A stretch of DNA of 64,000 nucleotides from Octopus vulgaris (GCA_951406725.2 OX597825.1:3348001-3412000), one strand, 5' to 3'. Positions 13,220 to 26,974 are shown, numbered from the stretch's first letter. The notes: generated by a model not told the origin, from the letters alone. Program-made: numbers and translations.

Positions 13220-14169
13220 TCCTTACAAGTAACATTAAAAATATATTTCACATACTTGTAAGCATTACCTTATATGGAAATGAATATGTTGGTGGGACAT
13301 TTTTCATACATTTATGACTGATGTTTCGCTTAAGCTGCGCTGTTCAGGCCAGGGTAAGATGCTTAAATTGTTTCCAGTTTACATAGTGGTGAGTATCCCT
13401 TCGTCTGGATATAGCGATAATTGTCTTCGAAAATTGAAGGTTATAGAGGAATATTTCTAAGAAGAGTTATGAATGATTTGGGGCATAGCTTATCTTTATT
13501 CATCGTTAAAATTATGTATTTAATAAGAGGAAACTTAAGTTACTGAAAATTAGCAATCTTGTACATTTCAACATAGAACTACTGCAGTGAACTGGCGGTG
13601 CATGACGGACTGGTCAAGCGTTTTATTTATTGATTCGTTTTATCCTTTTCTAAATATGCATATATTGAAATATACACGCATGCGAAATAATTACAATAAC
13701 CTGTCTCCTGTATACCTTAAATGTCTCTCTCAGTGCCTTTATCCATATGCATGCAGATATGGAGGCGGGTGGTTGGAAGAGAAGTTCACGAAGTGGAGGT
13801 TTTCCCCAAGTTTGCAGTGTGGGTAAAAGGTTTTGATTTGTAAGTCTAGCGTAAAGTCTAAGAAAAACCTAACCCCACTACTGCGCACCTACAACATGCG
13901 TTCATGTCTGTATTGATACGAGCGTTCGCATGGATACATGGGCGCACATGCGCACGCCCACAAACATATGAACGAACATGCGCGCACACGTCCACACACG
14001 TGCTATTCACTTATATCTACATATGCATATACGCATGCAAACATCTACGTATGTATAACAGTATGCGCGTACACATGCATCTACGTGCCCATGCGTAGTC
14101 GGTCACGCGTATGCATGTGTATACATGTGTATAACAAGAGTTAGGAATAGGTAAGCGTTGGGGAGTGGT

Positions 14170-15070
14170 AAGAATTAGGAATTGGTAAGATTTGGGGACT
14201 GGTAATTGGCGGTCTTGTTCATGTGGTTGGCTGGCAGCGGTGACCTTGGTGCAAGTGTTTTTAGTGTAGCAGCTGGTACTAAGATGTTATATTCGAGTTG
14301 TTGGCAGTCAGGGGCCTGAAAGTTTCCACAAGGGCATACCTCTTCTGACAGCAATGAGATAAAGTGTATTCCTTGTTGATGGAGTATATTCAGATTTTCA
14401 CCGAGGTAGCTCTGACAATTAGTGCGCCAGATGAATATGGTGGCGGACTGTCGAGAGAAGTCCCTTTGATCCTTGGTGTTTCGTCTTGGAGGTCACGAAG
14501 CCTCCAGAGAAAACGAGACAGAGAAGTAGAGTTCTCTCTGACCCCGTTCTGAACGAGAGCATATGCTGGGAGTTTCTTCTCTAGAAGTCATTAGCTGCTA
14601 TACCCAAATACTGTCCAGTAATCCCAATGGGTGGTATAAACGTGGCTCACTCTTCCATCCGAGATGGAAACCCAGAACAGGCTCTCGTCAGCAGAGACTA
14701 TCGATCTCCATTGTTGATGCTGTCAATGTCGGTGTTGTGTAGCCTCCTGTAGTCGTGCCTGACGGTGGCGGGCGGTTAGCACTGGCCCTCGAGTAGGACG
14801 ACAACAACGTAGAGAGCCATTGGATGCATTTTGTCATGAAGAATATTAGACCTAAATACAATGAGTCGCTGACAGTACCCAATAATCAGACTGTTGGAGG
14901 CATGCGTTTCGGAATAGTTATGACACCTACAGGAAAAACAGAAGCTGCGAACTCACATATGAAACAAATCTCTCTTATGGTATTCCCGTCATTATTCAGT
15001 ACCTGGTTGCGCTCATCTAAAACCCAAGACGGGGCGACATCGGTAAGCAGTGATGTATATGAATACAAAC
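14170..15070 (-). mobile_element. Possible decayed I-group LINE 3' part (RNase H plus Cys-rich C-terminus)
   Basis: GC-richer island. Minus frames give FIPPIGITG (cf. RNase H 'WIPSH.GI.GNE') and DFSRQSATIFIWRTNC...SEEVCPCG (cf. 'R...TIFRLRTGH...C.CG'). Heavily decayed. Confidence 0.4.
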
Positions 15071-15506
15071 TTGTTCCCAGTTCAAGTTCGAAACATGTTA
15101 GAACTTGTCAGAAATCCGTTCACTGTATTTTCTCATGGAGACAAGTTCTTGCTATAGACAGACAGTAGTAAATACACCGTGTCAGCCGCTTATTGTAATA
15201 AGATGTACAACATATAAAGTAATATTTATTAGCAAAAGCACCAGTTATCCTTGGTTATCCCTGGAAATGAATAGCTATCGGGATTTACAATATAATACAT
15301 CATAATCGCAGTTACATACGGTTTATTTTGTTTTTGTTTTTGCAAATTGGCATCGATGGACGACTGGTATTACGGCAGTAATTTAGACGCGGATGTTCTT
15401 GTAGCCTTCTTATTTCAAATGTTTACACGCATAAACACACACATAAATTCATATACAAATATACACACTTGAACATAAAACACTTGTAAACATGTGCATG
15501 CATATT

Positions 15507-15577
<71 letters not shown>

Positions 15578-17423
15578 GTATATATGTATTTTGTATGTGC
15601 TTATGAGTATGTGTACATACGAATATATGTATATATGTGTACATGAATTTATGTTTGTCTGTGCATGTATAGATGTTCATTTATAGATGGAAATTTTCTG
15701 ATTATAAACGAAATATTGAAAGAGTTGGGAAGCAACAATATATTTACTACAGTCAACTGCCGAACTAGCCTTCCATCAGCTTATAGGTTTTACTGTTGAG
15801 CCTCCAAAATTGAATAATATCTCCATAATAAGCTGTCAGCATAAATTGAATATGAGCAATGCGTTTCTTCTCTCCGTTCATGTTTATTCTATCCTTTGTT
15901 ATATTTATTAAGGCAAGTTTGATGGTTCCCTTAGTGTACTCTTGTATTACAAATTTGCTATATTTTTTGTGCATGAATATTTATCATGGTGGTATTTCCT
16001 GGCTCCATCCATATATAATGCTTTGATCAAACGGAAAACTTGGCTTGATTACAAAACGCTGCCCCATATGTGAAATCAACACAATTAACGCCGATGAAGA
16101 AGAGTTCTGCAAGATGAAATGAAACCGCAAGTGATAAAGTAAAGGCTGCAGGCTTTATATTCGTTAATGTTCAAGATAGAATCCTGTATGTTAATAATAT
16201 ATCAATATCTTAACAAAAAACATAAAACTATAAAAGTATGTTAAACACATGAAATTTTCATATTGCGGTTTAGCTGGCTTATAAGAAAGAGACGAAAAAA
16301 ACTATTGAATATGAACGTAAAAAGTATACAAATAATTGTACAGGTTATTATGTAAAGTAGAAACAAAGGACTTAATTTTGTCAGTTGTTTTATTATTCCA
16401 TTTTTATATTTATGTTGTTTTTGTTTGGCTCTTGTGATGGTTTCTCACTCATTCCTGATATTGATGAGCTGGGAAAATTGTTTTCAGGTGAAGAAATGAG
16501 AATGGCAACCATTCCATCCGATAGTATCACCATCAAAATAAGAAACTTTTTTTTTTTTTTTTATATGAGATTCACATAATGAATATACTGTTATGCTCAT
16601 TTCTGTACCGATTCTCTCATTTCATTTTCTTCACTTCATGTTCAGCCTTTGAAGACACCAGAATTTCTTCTCATTTTTACCTCTATACATATTTATATGC
16701 TTATTAAATTTCCATTAATCGCATGCGTGTGTGAGTGCGCATGCATTAAGAGCAAGTGTATACATGTGTGGTATCTGATGTTCTCTGTTCATCGTTGTAT
16801 TTATATCTTAAGGTCCCGTGATGTATCAAAGGATAGTTTGTTGTCTGTGAACAATCAATGGATAATATGAGTGCTCCATTACAGTCTAAAAATCCGTAGA
16901 ATAAAGAATACTGCAACGCATTATTTTTTGCCTTGCACTTTTTTTTTTTGTATTTCGTTAGTAGTTTATTCGTTGGCATCATTTTCAGTAGCGCGGCTGT
17001 AAAATAAAGATGGAATGAAGGCTAAAGGAAAGACATGAAAAATTCTAAACAGCAGCAATTGCTTAGTGTTATTGTTTCGCTCAATCGATACATTCAAAAT
17101 CTCAACGAAAAGAGGTGCCTGTAACTTACTGTATTTTTCCGTTCTCCATTTATTCCTAAATATTCCTGATTTGGAAAAAGAACAAAAAACAAAAAACACA
17201 TTGGGTGTAATAAACATGACCATGTGTTACACACACATAACAATAAGGCTGGCGAATATTAGGAATATTTAAGCTTCTTGTTTTAGGAGAAGCGCTAAAC
17301 TAATAGAGGCTAGCTTTGCAGCCATGTGGTGTCGCGTTCTCTCCCACTGCGCAGTTACTTTGGAAGGTATCTCCTATTATAACCACGGGCCAAATAATGC
17401 CATGGGATTGAATCAAGTAAAAG

Positions 17424-17504
<81 letters not shown>

Positions 17505-17509
<5 letters not shown>

Positions 17510-17716
17510 GAAATGAAGAAAATGCTGACAAATAATTGAAGTAATTTAAGTAATTTAATTAGGTGAAAGTTCTTTTTACCGGTTGCGCATTTGTTATGCT
17601 TATCAAAATATGATATTTTGATAAGCATAACAAATGCGCAACCAAAAAGAACTTTCACCTAATTAAATTACTTAAATTACTTCAATTATTTGTCAGCATT
17701 TTCTTCATTTCCTTTT
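17505..17716. repeat. Near-perfect 212-bp palindrome (fold-back) with a 1-nt loop
   Basis: Left arm AAAAGGAAATGAAGAAAATGCTGAC...CAAAATAT, centre G17612, right arm ATATTTTG...GTCAGCATTTTCTTCATTTCCTTTT. The only difference seen is 3 extra nt in the left arm (ACC at 17578-17580). Flanked by (TA)n. Confidence 0.95.
17572..17608 (-). ncRNA. Degenerate minimal type-I hammerhead-like motif inside the palindrome arm
   Basis: Minus strand UU-UUGAUAA-GCAU(AACAA)AUGC-GCAA-CCGG-UA-AAAAG: U3/A8 core, 4-bp stem II, GCAA instead of GAAA, palindromic stem III (ACCGGU). Confidence 0.5.
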
Positions 17717-18039
17717 TTATATATCACCACTCGTGTTCGACATCTCCTTTTTTTAAATATATATATATATATATATATATATACGACAGTGCAATACATC
17801 CTTTACTACTGCAGTCAGTTAAGCAGTATGCTTATTTTGTATCTGTCCGACACGTGTTTCTACAATCTGGTTTTCATTTCCATCTGGTGTTTTCTTCCTG
17901 AAAAGAGTCTCTGCAGCTATACTTAAGATATTGCATACTGCAATGGTTTGAAGCGAACCAAAGTGATATTAGCTTAGGTGGTATAATATTTGGCAAGGAA
18001 CGGTATTTTTGGAGTGCAAAGAATTTGTGTGGACAAACG

Positions 18040-18192
18040 GTTCGGCAAAAAAGACCCTAGTCCTTGATTGCTGCTTATTTCATCGATTTCAGTAGGGTAA
18101 AACGTAAAGCAGATCTCTATGAAATTTGAACTTAGAACCTAAAGACAAAAGAATGTTGCTCGGCGAGCTAACGATTGCGATAGTTCGCCAAC
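18040..18192 (-). mobile_element. SINE family B, strongly diverged copy
   Basis: TTATTTCATCGA...GTAAAGCAGATCTC...AATTTGAACTTAGAAC...GCGAGCTAACGATT...TTCGCCA matches the family B layout. Confidence 0.6.
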
Positions 18193-19526
18193 TAAAAAAT
18201 GATAATAATAATACAGCTCACTATATGACGCAGTCAAGGTATATGAAACGAAACTAAACTAAATGGACCGATCATAAATCGTTCTAACATGTAAATATAT
18301 TCTTCAGCTCTTACCTGCGTCATAATACATTATCTGTATGTATTCGGATAATAAACTTCAGTTATATTTTTGCATAGGAAGTGAAACGTATTATACATAT
18401 ACTCGCGTGTGTCTGCACATGTGACGTCCTCTGCTGTCGTTCTCTCTCTCTTTGTCTGTTTGCATGCACATCCACACACATACATGCAAAAGAAGAAACG
18501 AAAGAGCTAATGGGTATTATAGAGATATTAGTGTTATTTGAGAGAGTTTGTATAATTGTTGAAACATCTGTAGTTGAAGATAAAGTTTGGAAAGTACTGA
18601 TAATAAGGTAATTAAATCTTGACAAGATATACTAATTAAATTTACTTTATAGTGACAAAGTAAGGAAACAAGTATATCAATGCATTTATATTGTTTTGTT
18701 ATTTTCCATTGCATGTCTTGTTCTGTACATTTCTTTTGTTCCATTCCAAAGAAAAATATAATTTTCACACAAATACTATCTCTACAATTTTATTGCACAT
18801 ATACCTTACAGCTATTTCTTAGTGTTATTCACAAGTAATTAAAATAAGAACGAAAAAGTGAAGAAAGTGAAACGTTTATAATTAACCTCAAAAAAGAAGG
18901 AAAATAAAACAAGCAACATACTTTTTAAAAAAATCTCTTTAGATGTAGTCTTTAGATAATTGCCAGCTATCTTTCATAAAGATTAATCAGACATAATTTT
19001 GTTTAACTATAATTTCTTCTCCTTTAAATGACTAGAAAAAAATAATATATATATACATATATATGACTTGTTGATTGAATTGTCAATGAGATAAGAGTCG
19101 GATCGATTTATATTAACAAATATTTCAATAAACTCTACAGAAATGGAGGACAAATTGAAATACAGTGTATTATATTTGATTTAGAGCATTATTTTATTCA
19201 CCTCCCTTCTGGCTGGACAATATGACAAATTAAATATTAAAAATAGCATAATTTTCACTTATTTCTATCTATTGATCTTAAGAAAGGCAAATTAAATGAG
19301 AACATTCATTTTCATAAATCACTTTATAATATCAAGTGTTATTATATTATTCAGTAAATATCCCAATGCTGGATATTTCATATGGTTTTTCTAATAATCG
19401 CTGTTGAAAAACCACCGAAAAACATTAACTACCATAGTCTCTACTCTAATCCCTTATATTCTTTATGATGATTTAAGTACAAGTTTAAATGAAAAAGATT
19501 TTCTGCTTCATAAAATTCATGGAGGT

Positions 19527-19585
19527 AAAATGTAGCTGTGTGGTAAGCAGCTTGCTTACCAACCACATGGTTCTGGATTCAATCA
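19527..19585 (+). mobile_element. SINE family A tRNA-like head fragment
   Basis: TAGCTGTGTGGTAAGCAGCTTGCTTACCAACCACATGGTTCTGGATTCAATC is nearly identical to the head of 4721-5126. Confidence 0.8.
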
Positions 19586-19820
19586 TAACTGATAAAGCAC
19601 TCATAGTGGCGAGGGAGGAATAACATCTGACTTGTCCAGCCAATTCCGGTAATCAAAACGAGCCATATATAATTTTTTGTGAATGATCTTTTGGGCGCAT
19701 TATGCACGCATATATATGTATGTATGTACGTATGCATCTATGTATGCATGTATGTATGCATGCCATTATTCAGTTTTATTTCAAGCTTTCTTGCAAATAG
19801 ATAAAGAAAAGGTTTCTTAC

Positions 19821-19917
19821 CAAGATCCAAGCTCCTTCATTGAAATTTCAACAACATTTATCATCACTCAATCTGGTATAAGCTCGGAAATGCAGTGAGT
19901 GAAAGTTACAGATCACG
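19821..19917 (-). other. Candidate non-coding (5'-UTR) exon
   Basis: Minus-strand CTTTGTATCAACAG| acceptor and TTG|GTAAGA donor enclose 97 nt with stops in all three frames. No transcript evidence. Confidence 0.3.
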
Positions 19918-21136
19918 CTGTTGATACAAAGTTTTTTTAAAAATTTAAATTAAGAAAAAAATGCAATTTAATGAATGAAAATGTCAGGTTCTTCATTCCC
20001 AGGTGAATCCATACAGATCGCACAATTTGACACCATAGAACAGTACGATTCAGAGCGCTAATTACATGCTAGACTTAACGATATTTATATCCAATGATGA
20101 ACATTTTATCAGCTCTATCACCAAACTGACATCTAAATACAGACACCTCACAGGATGAATCCTGCAAATCTTTATGACAAGAGAAATGGTAGGAGTGCTG
20201 ACTCTATAGAAAACCTTAGTTTTAACCAGATTAGATTATTGCTTACATCTACAGCTTTGGTGTTCGAGCACATTCGATCACATAGGAAAAAATGAAGGGT
20301 TTCAAGTTATGTTAGCAAGAAAATAACTTCGATTAAAAACTTTCATTACTAGGAACGTTTGAAAGCTGAGCGCGTCTAATCCCTTGGAAAAGTTTGAAGC
20401 AGCATGTTCCAAATATCGGAATTAGAGGGAAATTTAACATCCGATGGCACATACTCTCAGCTTTCTAATATATCACCTTCGAACACTCACTTCTTCCAGT
20501 CTGATATTTAGAGGTCTTTGCGTGTTGATCTGCCTACCGAAAGAAATCAGAAATATAAAATGGTCCTCTACTAAAACAGTAAGGAAAATATATTGGATAA
20601 ATTCTCTATGTCAATACAGGGCAAGCCAAACGTTTAAGAATATATACGCTCAGGGAAAATCAGCTGCTACTAACACAGCCATAAACTGACTTCAGGTCGT
20701 AAAAAGGTGACAGAATTGAAAATAATTCAAGGCAGTAATCCAGCTGCGCTGCAGTCATATAACTAAAAACATTTAAAGAACAATAGAATATATATATTTC
20801 TTTACTAGTAGGTGTGTATGTGTGTATATGTGTGGTGTTTGTTTGTGATACTCTGTATGAGTGTGAGTGTGTGTGTGTGTGTCTAGGTTCTGTGTGATTT
20901 TATTTTTGTTTCCTTATATGCTGTAATATTTTGCTCTTAGTACATTTGTTGCTTTAAAACCTCTGACTTAGCCACACATTAACACGAACAAGACGTGGCA
21001 TGAGTGGGTTTTATCGGTTAAAAAGAAAAAAAAACAAACAAAAACAATGGAATATTGTTTTCTGTCATGGCTGCACTTCAATGATCGATAGTAGTAGAAG
21101 TATATCGCACAAAATATATATATATACATATACAGT

Positions 21137-21180
<44 letters not shown>

Positions 21181-21219
21181 TTATGTATGCATGTATGTAT
21201 ATGTGTGTACGTATATAGG

Positions 21220-21284
<65 letters not shown>

Positions 21285-21295
21285 GTGTATGTATG

Positions 21296-21327
<32 letters not shown>

Positions 21328-21947
21328 TATATATGTGTGTATTATGTTGGACAGTTGGTAATTTATCTAGCCACCCATTTTTCGTCATAGATAATTGATT
21401 CACTATTTATAATGGAAGTATTTAGGTTGGATTCATCGATTATACTAGCTATGAAATGAGTATTTATAATATAGTAGAAATCAATATTATTATTTTGAAT
21501 TGTCATATTGCAAATGTCTGTTTGGCTTAAATACATATTTTCACTATCGCTATTAATAATAACATTCGTAGATGCATTTACTCAAGTATAACGTATTGAG
21601 CAATACGAAAGTTAATATTTATCCTAATAACCGCCTACATATATATTGACTCGACTGTACTACTAAAAAGATCTGAAGTTATTGATTTTGTGTAATACGT
21701 ACAACTTATTTCTTGCCTTGCGTGCACTCGATGACGATAACACATTTCTCATTGGTAGTGTATTCGACTCCAGAAATACTATAACAAAAGTCGGCGTAAG
21801 TGTGATGTGCCTTTACATTAAGTAGCAGCTCTGCTGTCTCCAACGGCACCACCAGTAGCCGGGTAGTTCACACTTAGATATGGTTAAAGGTATTTTCGAT
21901 TTCCTGCCGCTACTTAACAAGAATTTAGAGGGACCTATTAGATATTG

Positions 21948-22322
21948 CTTTTAAATTTTGGCACAAGGCTTGTAAAATTTAGGGAGAAGATTAACCGATT
22001 ATAATGACTCCAGTGCTCAACACGTACTTGTTTTTTCGATTCCATCCAAAACAATATTAAATGCACAATCAACCTCAGCGGAATTTGAACGTAGAGCGTA
22101 AAGACGGATGAAATACCGGTAAATATTTTGTACGGTGTGCTAACGATCCTGCAAGGTCGCTGCCTTAAGGACGTAATAAATATTGATTTAAAAATTTGAT
22201 TAAAAAATCAGTTTCGTCAACCCCCGTGTTCATATGTACTTATTTTACCGACCCCGAAAGGATGACAGGTAATGTTTATCTCGGTGGTATGTGAACTCAG
22301 AAGGTGAAGAGGGACAAAATGA
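21948..22322 (-). mobile_element. Two adjacent SINE family B copies (about 21948-22167 and 22205-22322)
   Basis: AACCTCAGCGGAATTTGAACGTAGAGCGTAAAGACGGATGAAATACCG...TGCTAACGATCCTGC and GACCCCGAAAGGATGACAGGT...CTCGGTGG...GAACTCAGAA. Confidence 0.8.
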
Positions 22323-22343
22323 CCGTTTTTGCTAGATTCTAGC

Positions 22344-22391
22344 AAAAGCTGTCAGATGAACGGCAACGGGAAACTCAGAGTAACAGGTTTT
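22344..22391 (+). ncRNA. Type-I hammerhead-like motif in a short element ending at (TA)n
   Basis: AAAAGCUGU-CAGAUGA-A-CGG(CAA)CGG-GAAA-CUC(A)GAG-UA-ACAGGUUUU. Stem I has 8 of 9 pairs, stem III is CUC/GAG with a 1-nt loop, the cleavage triplet is GUA. The core has U4A and stem II has one mismatch. Confidence 0.6.
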
Positions 22392-22419
22392 GTTGAACTT
22401 TCTGCTGCTTTAAATAAAG

Positions 22420-22484
<65 letters not shown>

Positions 22485-22553
22485 TGACTATGTATTAATC
22501 AGTGCCCATTGGATGGTGAAATTTAAATTAGTTTACATACGGTTAAGCGTTTC

Positions 22554-22648
<95 letters not shown>

Positions 22649-24134
22649 ACAATTCGATAATATTTGTTTATGTGCTAGTGTGATTTGACAATTATTATTC
22701 TTTTAAATTCATTTACATAAAATGACATCTACATAAAGCATAGTTATTTACCTGCCAGATAATTAGCACGACGGACACATGCTATGTTTTTACATCCTCG
22801 ATAGATCGTGATTTTGTGCATTGCATCATCACAAATCTAGTGTAGAGAAAAAAATCAGGATATTATTAATACATGGAGACTTAGATCATCTATATTATTT
22901 TAGCTATAAGCATTGCTAATTATAGTTTAACATCGATATTAATGTATGATTATAAGCCGAAATATTACGTATCGTAAGATAAAAATCCTAACTATTCAAT
23001 GTGATATAAATATAAAGACTGTTGTATTGGTTATATATAAGAATCTGTTACATTGTTTTATCTCAGTGTTAATAGAATTAGTTTCGTATTATATTCAATA
23101 GGTAGTGATAAATTGATCTCAATAAATTCATTAATATTGGTTATTAATTCGTGTTTAGGATATTCTTAGACTTTTAGTTGCTAATTTAAGGTAATGAAGT
23201 GGAATATATTATGTATCATAAGTAGTGTAATCAATACTTATCTCGGCTAATGTTTATATAGATACGAAACATTTTCAGTAAAACTAGTCTGTTATATCAA
23301 TAGGTAATATGTCTCCTAAGTGTTAGAGGATATTATATGAATTCTATATAGTTTAATATTACCCTATTTTATGAGTATAAAGTTCAATAATAATTAGAGA
23401 AAGCATTTTCCGCGGAAGGAAGACAAGATACATTGTTTCTTTATTTTTATTAAATTTTTCCTAGGTGTAGGATTATATACGCATTTTCACTACACAACTC
23501 ACATCTTTCACTCGAGATTTAATGTGACTTTGCAAAACTAATAATCCCCTATTTAATATTAAATTCAATATTATTATTTTCTAATCCCCATATATACTTA
23601 CTTAATCCGGTAGAATTCCTTTTTACCCATTTTTAAAGCTCTGTAAATTGTTAGCCACACAAATCTTAATTCTACTTTCTGTTGACCCGATATCATAAAA
23701 TTTCTTTCCATGAAATTCAAATATACATTGTTAGAGCAAGTTATCTTTCTGATATAATTTTTTTAATTCACACGCCACAAGTTTCATTTACATGTTTATC
23801 TATTGATTAATTCGAAGTATTAATAAGAGGGGAGATAAGGTATTTAGGGCCGTTAACATTGTTTATGTTTTGAAACATCAGTTGGAGTTGCGGTGAATTG
23901 TCATTCTAGTTATTTCTGTTACTCTAGAAATTATCTAATTTTTTGGTTATTTTTAATATTTTTGCTATTATTAGATAATATAATCATGAACAGTTAAACT
24001 AAAGCCAAACTTGACATATATATCATTAGTAATTTCACTATATTTATTATTTATCATTGTTAAAATCCCAGTTATTCTCGTTCACATGTATAGACCCCAT
24101 ACACTACATAACATCACATATACATACACACACG

Positions 24135-24560
24135 GAATTTCGATACGGGACTTAACGGGGAATTATACAACCGCAGTTGTATACTTGCAGTCCGGTCCCT
24201 TGTCGAAGGAGATCGACATTTTAGTACACGGCATTTACTGACTTCTGGAGAAGTAAACGCTGACGCTATGCTTGCTGGAAAATTTCTTCTAATCATTATT
24301 GACATTCTTGAAATATGTTATTGAAATAGGAAATAATGCCGCAGCTGGCATATAGCTCCCTCAGAATTGTACATGTTCTGATCCATGGTTCACTTACTGC
24401 GTTTTTGACGCTTCATCAACGAAGATTTGATTAAGGCTTCGGTGATGGATTTCCTTAACGCTTGGTGGACAAGAACTGGAATCAGTGTGGTGTGATGAAT
24501 GTGTCAGATAGGTTGCTTCGTACCTAACAAGATGGTCCCTATTTTGAATGCTAGGCTGCT
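24135..24560 (+). mobile_element. Possible relic of an LTR-retrotransposon integrase
   Basis: Plus frame EVNADAMLAGKFLLIIID resembles Gypsy integrase 'EKV..DLF...GK.YL.IVD'. A possible frameshifted CxxC lies upstream and a decayed 'GIP...SD.G..F' downstream. Confidence 0.3.
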
Positions 24561-24666
24561 TTTCTCGTAATTTGATTGATAGAGGAATTAAATTACCATA
24601 TTAGAGAACTTTTGATTCCACACAGTAAACGATAGAAGGCACAGACAAAAACATACGCACACAAAC

Positions 24667-24699
<33 letters not shown>

Positions 24700-24737
24700 A
24701 GTATGCATATATGTATGTATATATAAATATATATGTA

Positions 24738-24786
<49 letters not shown>

Positions 24787-26974
24787 GTATAAATATATAT
24801 ATATATATTCATATAAAATTTATAATTAGGGTTCAGCAAAATTGCTTCACGACATACAAAAAATTAGAAATAACAGTTAAATACTATACCACTACCACAA
24901 GGTATCACCCACAGAGCAATACTCCCAACTCACGCAGGTGAAGAGAAAGAATAACGAATCCACCTTGCTTTGATCAACTATATACGCCTTTCTGGAATAA
25001 AGAGATGTAAAATTTCATTTTTACTCACTTATTTCCGTCTTCAATATGGTATTTAGATTATAAATTTTAGAGTACTAATAACTGAAATATGTATTCAACC
25101 AAGCGCCATCGAATAGCAAATATCCAAAAGCCAGTACTTCCAAATTTATACAGACGAGTGGGAATTCGCATTCTGCCCCAATCTACCACGTGTGTTACGA
25201 GTAGGACCGCAGAAACTGCAGTTTACTATCAGTGACTGAATTATATTATCAATAATAATAGTAGTGGAATAATATTTTACTGCTAGTTCTAAATTTCAGT
25301 ATGTAGTGAAGCAATTTTGCAGAACATTAATTATAACCATGCTTATAAGTATATAATTTTTGTATAAGGTTACCGATAATGGATCTTTTAGCATACCGAA
25401 ATACTTGGTAAAATTATTAATTATTAATTTATTAATTAATTTTACACTTTATATTATTGATATATATATATGTAAATATATATATATATAAACACACACA
25501 CAGATGTATGGGCATAAATTTCTAATCATGTGTCATATAATACTATTTTAGAAACCACTTACAAATCAGTATTAAGAATATTATGACAATCGATCACTTC
25601 TTGTTTTCTAGTTATAAAAACTTGTTTCTGTCTTTGCAAATGCGATATTTCTCGATGCAGAGACATATTAAGCAGTGCAAATGTGTAAAGCCTTATCCGT
25701 GCGGGCAATGCTTTACAAACAGAAATATGTATGGACAGGGGCATTGTACTGCAATCTCTTTTAAATGAAATATGAACCATTTTTGGTATTACTGAGAGCA
25801 GTTACTTCGTAAAATCTTTATATTTTCTTTCTGAATGACTTCGAATATTATTTATCAAGATTTAAATCACCTGAGTATGTTCGCCTTTGTAAATGAAAGA
25901 CTTCAATTAATTTTCACATGTCATACTACCAGCCAAATGAAAGTTTTCCTATTATATCTATAATTAATAGCTAATAGGACATTGAAATTCAAAATTCTGT
26001 GCATCGATTCATAGCACAATCACTGAGCCCTAAAGGAATATGTTTGAAACATGGGCACTAAATGAACGAGTTAATTGCTTGTCTACTACAGGGTACGTTA
26101 AAAAATATTAATATTCTTAATGCCAATATCTTACTCATACGATACATAATATGACGAACGTGTGCGGAGGGGTCATATTTAATTATCCTCATGCAATATC
26201 CTATTTTTTATATAATTACATGCCTAGTAGGATAATATAATATAACATAGATAAATTTGAAACAACGTTCTGAGTATTTTTAGAACGCATTACCTGAAAT
26301 GTGACTTCATACTTGTTTGAGAATGACATAAAAAGTTACTGGAACACATGAACTTTTTTAGCTCCTTGTATTCACTAAATCTTTCATACTCTGTCGTTTA
26401 TATTTTTTTTCATTTTTGCTGATACAAACACGATAACTTGTTACCTCGGATACTAATCGTTTTTGCTTTTGTCTATAATGTCTCAACCTATCACTTATTT
26501 ACACGTATGCTGTGTATTCTATGTTTTCTGTAAAGAATATAACGTCGCGTTTCATCGGGTGTGATGTTTCCGTTTTTATGTTCTTTGTTTTGTTGTATTT
26601 TTCGTATTGTGTTTCTCACTACGTTGTCTGCATTTCCTCATCTGTCTAGCCAGCTGACACATTGAACAATAGATGTAATGCTATTTCACTTAACAAGGCT
26701 GCGTCGCTGTCACATACCATTATGAAATATTTCACTTCTCTCGCGTTCACTTTTACCTTTACTCTTTTCTCCTCGATCGAAGTGACAAAGCGCGAAGCTT
26801 TTAAGACGGCAAATATTTTTTGTAAATTGCAGAAAAACTTAGTGGTACTATTTTCTTTTACGTCTATAATTTTACATTATAATTCTTTGTTGTCGAAGGG
26901 AGTTGTAACAGGTTTCATGCCTATGATCGTATTTGCCTCGTAGGAGAGCCGAGCACAAGCGGTTGCATGGCTAT

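Noticed and set aside
13312-13412. Minus-strand CTGAACA-GC..GC-GAAA-CATCAG-TC and CAGACGA...GGAAAC hammerhead-like traces
   Set aside because: Too many core and stem defects, and no stem I pairing.
16966-16996. Terminal coding exon 'RATENDANE*' after a strong minus-strand acceptor
   Set aside because: The acceptor looks real, but no upstream coding exons, clear donor or homology support a CDS. The similar 'ATNDANE' at about 48230 is on the other strand and appears coincidental.
24114-24600. Minus-strand ORFs (MSIMIRRNFP...; QIFVDEASK) as exons or a PIF1/Helitron helicase
   Set aside because: The motif spacing is incompatible with a helicase, and the plus strand is better explained as a decayed integrase.
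25559-25780. Cys-rich small ORF (CKCVKPYPCGQC) or an exon ending at a GTAAGT donor
   Set aside because: No C2H2 histidines, no good acceptor, and no recognisable homology.
26300-26943. Faint Gypsy protease-region resemblance on the minus strand
   Set aside because: No catalytic D(T/S)G motif is visible, so it cannot be supported.
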